64,000 nt of DNA from Azolla caroliniana (taxonomy: Eukaryota; Plantae; Polypodiophyta). Position numbers and translations under genes: made by a program. Positions 60,450-64,000 of this stretch are shown here, piece by piece. The notes below the pieces were generated by a model. It had not been told where the DNA came from, ran no database searches, and saw only the letters and a program-made list of their open reading frames with translations. Location: the NCBI GenBank assembly GCA_043228905.1, contig JBHGNT010000002.1:18910001-18974000 (forward strand), read 5' to 3'. Position 1 is the first letter of the stretch. Every line of letters starts with the position of its first letter.

Positions 60450-60941
60450 GTCGAAATCCATGACCAACTTCAGAAGGAAATGTCTCCCAATAACCACTTG
60501 TAGGCCACTTGATTAGTGGGCCTTGTGACTACGAAGGTGAGAGAAAACGCCACCCTGTATACTAAGAATTTATGGGCATGCACCATACCCTCGAGTCATT
60601 GAATGAACTCGTCAACCATTCGTAGTTTTACATCTAAGGGGACCATTTTTGGGTTCCCCCACTCCCGCCAACAATTATATTTGATTATGTTAGCCCTTAT
60701 GCAATGTCAATTATTGCAAAGGTGATTACGTTATTGACACACATAGGGAGGGTGAAGCTCGTGTCATCACTTTCCAAATGGGCTTCAAGTGTATTTATGT
60801 GGCAATCATCATCTTGTTGGTTGATGACTTCTATGCTTAGAAGATTCAAGAGGATTGGTTTCCATACCCAATCAAAAGCTCGTCATTGTAGTACATCGTG
60901 CCATGGTTGTGGGTTCAATTTTAACAAATCTTCAAGCATGT
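60450..60941 (-). pseudogene. Degenerate gypsy-type retropepsin relic
   Basis: My minus-strand translation gives ..MCVNNVITFAIIDIA / ANIIKYNCWREWG..KLRMVD..FVV..WLLGRHFL, with stops and a frameshift. Confidence 0.55.
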
Positions 60942-62477
60942 TGTAAAGAATCAAGTGTGATTTTGTGCAGGGAAGGTGACTGAGAGAGAGGGGAAGGGGG
61001 AGGAGAGAGAGAGAGGTATACACAAAACAATAAAATTGTATTAACAAGGAGTAAGAATGAACCAATAGTCACCTTCTCTCTATGTTCTCTCACTACAACC
61101 ACCACTTGTAGAGAGGTTGAGACTTAACTATCTACTAAATATGTTTCATAGAACCTTAAAGTTCTATGACACACTAGTTACTATACTAGGAGGTGGGGTG
61201 TTCACACACTTGAGTATACTAAGGTGTCCTCCCACACTAGGAAAGTTGAGTTTGATTCTCAACACGCCCCTTCAAACGCAACTTCTGGTCGCCGAATAGT
61301 TGGTTCAGACTGGTCTTCGGGTCGGCTTCGAGTCGACTCCGGCTTCAGCTTCGGATGGCCAGCGCACTCCTGAGATTAATCTACTCCGATCAACGTCGTG
61401 TTGGACATTTACTTACTCCCCTTCAAGCTCAAATGGTCAGTGGTCAAGAGACCTAGGTTCTCGTGAACTGTCGTAGCTTGTCGACACCCAGGCCCTTTGT
61501 GAAGATGTCAGTTGTCAGCAGGTTCGTGTTGATGTGTTGCGGGTCGACATCTCCAACCAGGACACACTCTTAAATGAAATGATAGTGCACCTCAATGTGC
61601 TTAGTCCGAGCATGGAATACTAGGTTGTGAGCCAGGTGGATGTTGCTAATGTTGTCGCAGTAGAGGAGAATTGGACCCTTGGTGGGAACGCCCAAATCCT
61701 TCAAGATTCATTTGACCCAAACGGCTTCACGTGTGGCGATAGTCCTGCCCTTGTATTTGGCCTCTGTGCTCGACGATGTGATTGTCAACTACTTCTTATT
61801 GCTCCATGATATGGCTCCGTTGTCGAGAAAGAAGATGAATCCCGATGTTGATCGTCTGTCGGCTTTGTAGTTGTCTCAGTCGGCATCGGAATACCCTTCG
61901 AGTTTAATCATTTTGGCCAATTTGTAGAGGATGTCGTAATCCATGGTTCCACTCACATAGCGTAACACTCACTTAGCACAGTTCAGGTGAATGTTCCATG
62001 GTGTCTTTATAAATTGGCTAAGGAGGCCGACTGTGAATTGAGGTCGGGTCGAGTGATAGTGAGGTAGATTAGGCTTCCGACTAGCTGACGATAAAAAGTC
62101 GACTCACACTCTTCTGTGCCGGAATCGGCATCTAGCCTTACATTTAAATTGAGAGGGGTGGCGACAGGCTTACACTCTGTCATCCCAAACTTGAAGAGTA
62201 GATTGAGGATATAGTGCCGTTGGGAGATCATGATGCCGTCAGGAGTCTGAATTACTTCTATGCCTAGAAAGTAATGCAACTCCTTCATGTCCTTTATGTC
62301 AAATTGGCCGGAGAGTAGCCTTTTAGTGTGTTTGATATCCCCGATGTGCTCTCCTCCAACGACCAAGTCGTCCACATAAATTATGATGAATAGGTGTCCT
62401 CTAGAGTTGTTCAGGATGAACAAAGAATTGTCAAACTTGGACATTTTGAAGCCGATTTGGTGAAGATAATGGGTTAT
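60942..62477 (-). mobile_element. Ty1/copia element J (3' LTR 60942-61264, RNase H, RT; same family as G), interrupted by K
   Basis: LTR TGTAAAGAATC..CTCAACA; PPT; RT ORF 62007..62549 (IIYVDDLVV, HYFLGIEV, YRQLVGSLIYLT). Confidence 0.9.
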
Positions 62478-64000
62478 TGTTGAGCAAGCAAGCTCAACCG
62501 GATCTGGTTCGGTTGAATAAGCCTGAGCATTATCAGTATTCGGAAACAACCAGATGGATCGGGGAGACGGATCGGAGAGCCGGATTCAAGCGGGAACCAG
62601 AAGCCTAGTAGTAGCCTAGACTACTAGGCAATCATTGTCTCATAGTTAGTGTCAGTCGCTCGTATGAGCATTTAAGTACCTGTCAGCCTTTATGGACTTG
62701 TATAAACAGTGCTATTATAGCACATTGTATGTACAGAGTTTTAGAGTCATTTTGAATCGATGTTTATGTTCTGCTCTCTCTGTCTCTCCTGCGTATTCTC
62801 TGTGTATTAAGCTTCTCCATTAAACCTTCATCTCGTTCTCTATTGCTATCCGGCTTAGTCGGTTCTATCTAACGCTTCCGCACATTTACATTTACATGGT
62901 ATCAAAGCACGAGGGTTGAGAACCTCTGCAGCTAACGCTTGCTTTCATAGACGAACCCTAGAACCCGACAACAACAGACAGCGAGAAGACATGGACAAAG
63001 GAATGGTGAGTGCACTTCCAACAAAGAAGCTTGACCGCTGCAACTACGCGCCCTAGTCATACAAGATGCACCAGTACCTGTTGGGGCATGGATATTGGAG
63101 CTTTGTGGAAGGAAGGAACGAGGTAGCGCCAGAGCTGGCACACAATGACTTTCCGGTATGGGAGCAAGGAGCGAGCCGAGTATTGTACTACCTCGCGTCC
63201 TGTGTTCACGACCAGATGCTCGGCTACATAGAGGATGCGAAAACGCCGAAGGAGGCCTGGGGAAATCTGAGGAAGATTTTCGCCGCGAGTACCACAGCTC
63301 GTAAGTTGGAGCTCCGACAAGGGCTGAACAACATCCGGCAATGAGACATGTCAGTTATGGACTACACCACCAAGATAAAGGAGATTTGTGACGTGCTCGG
63401 CTCCATCAATGTGACGGTGGATGAAAATGAGATGGTCCAAATCATAGTATGAACTATACGAACCATACGTGCATTCGCATTCGTGAATGGTTCAATCATT
63501 CGTGTAAGAAAAACACCCTCAAAGAATGATAAATACCATACTTTTGGATTAACTATTTATATGAGGTAAATAAGCCTATAAAATGGAAAAAAACAAAAAA
63601 AATCATTCAAAAAATGGGAAAAAAGAAAAAAGAAAACACAAGAATGTTTGAATAACATTTGCATTTGTTTTCCAACATAGGAAAACGAATGTTATGCTAG
63701 ACGAACATGAATTTTACGTACTATGGTCCAAATCTGCCTCGATGGTCTAGCGCAAAGGTACGGGCCAATCCGGACGGCGATCTGCACCCGAGAGAAGCCA
63801 CCGTCCTTCTTCGACTTACAATCAATGTTGATGGTCGAAGAAAACCACGTGAGCGGGTCGAGGACCACTCAATTAGACAACCGGATGTTGTACACGGAGT
63901 CGGATCTACCCCGTGGACGTGGAGGACGAGGTGGGTCGGCACGCAATGGAGACGACTGGCTAGAGCAAGACCGAAGGCACAGAGGTAGTGTCGACAACAG
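62478..64000 (+). mobile_element. Ty1/copia element K (5' LTR 62478-62896, PBS, gag; runs off the window; related to A)
   Basis: TGTTGAGC..TTTACA; PBS TGGTATCAAAGC at 62897-62908; gag ORF 63066..63344 (YLLGHGYWSFVEG..TPKEAWGNL). Confidence 0.92.
63443..63725. mobile_element. hAT-type MITE (283 bp) inserted in the gag of K
   Basis: TIRs CATAGTATG../..CGTACTATG; 8-bp TSD GTCCAAAT (63435-63442 and 63726-63733); removal restores EMVQICL. Confidence 0.93.

Overview
Eukaryotic land-plant genomic DNA, most likely a seed-free plant such as a fern (inferred from the Tcn1-type chromovirus, the IDHxSEINL-type gypsy protease and the divergent MED12). Two host genes are supported. One is a WUN1/SAG20-like (NTF2/SnoaL-fold) gene on + at about 25.5-27.2 kb, which appears to start at a CUG codon. 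The other is a complete 12-coding-exon MED12 gene on - (47368-58505, 2276 aa by my exon assembly). Most of the rest is three nests of LTR retrotransposons. Nest 1 (about 1-21.2 kb): copia C<-copia A<-copia B, fused to copia D<-chromoviral gypsy E. Nest 2 (30.3-44.1 kb): copia G<-copia F<-non-autonomous Tat-like element I, fused to gypsy H, plus an inverted LTR pair. Nest 3 (60.4-64 kb): gypsy relic<-copia J<-copia K<-hAT MITE. There is also a Mutator-like MITE and a second hAT MITE in the MED12 promoter. The most interesting signals are: (i) element E has no tRNA PBS but shows a Tf1-like self-priming arrangement, and both its LTRs carry a tRNA-like Pol III A/B-box cassette; (ii) the WUN1-like gene has a probable CUG start just behind a duplicated 3' splice site. 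All calls were made by eye, with no database searches.
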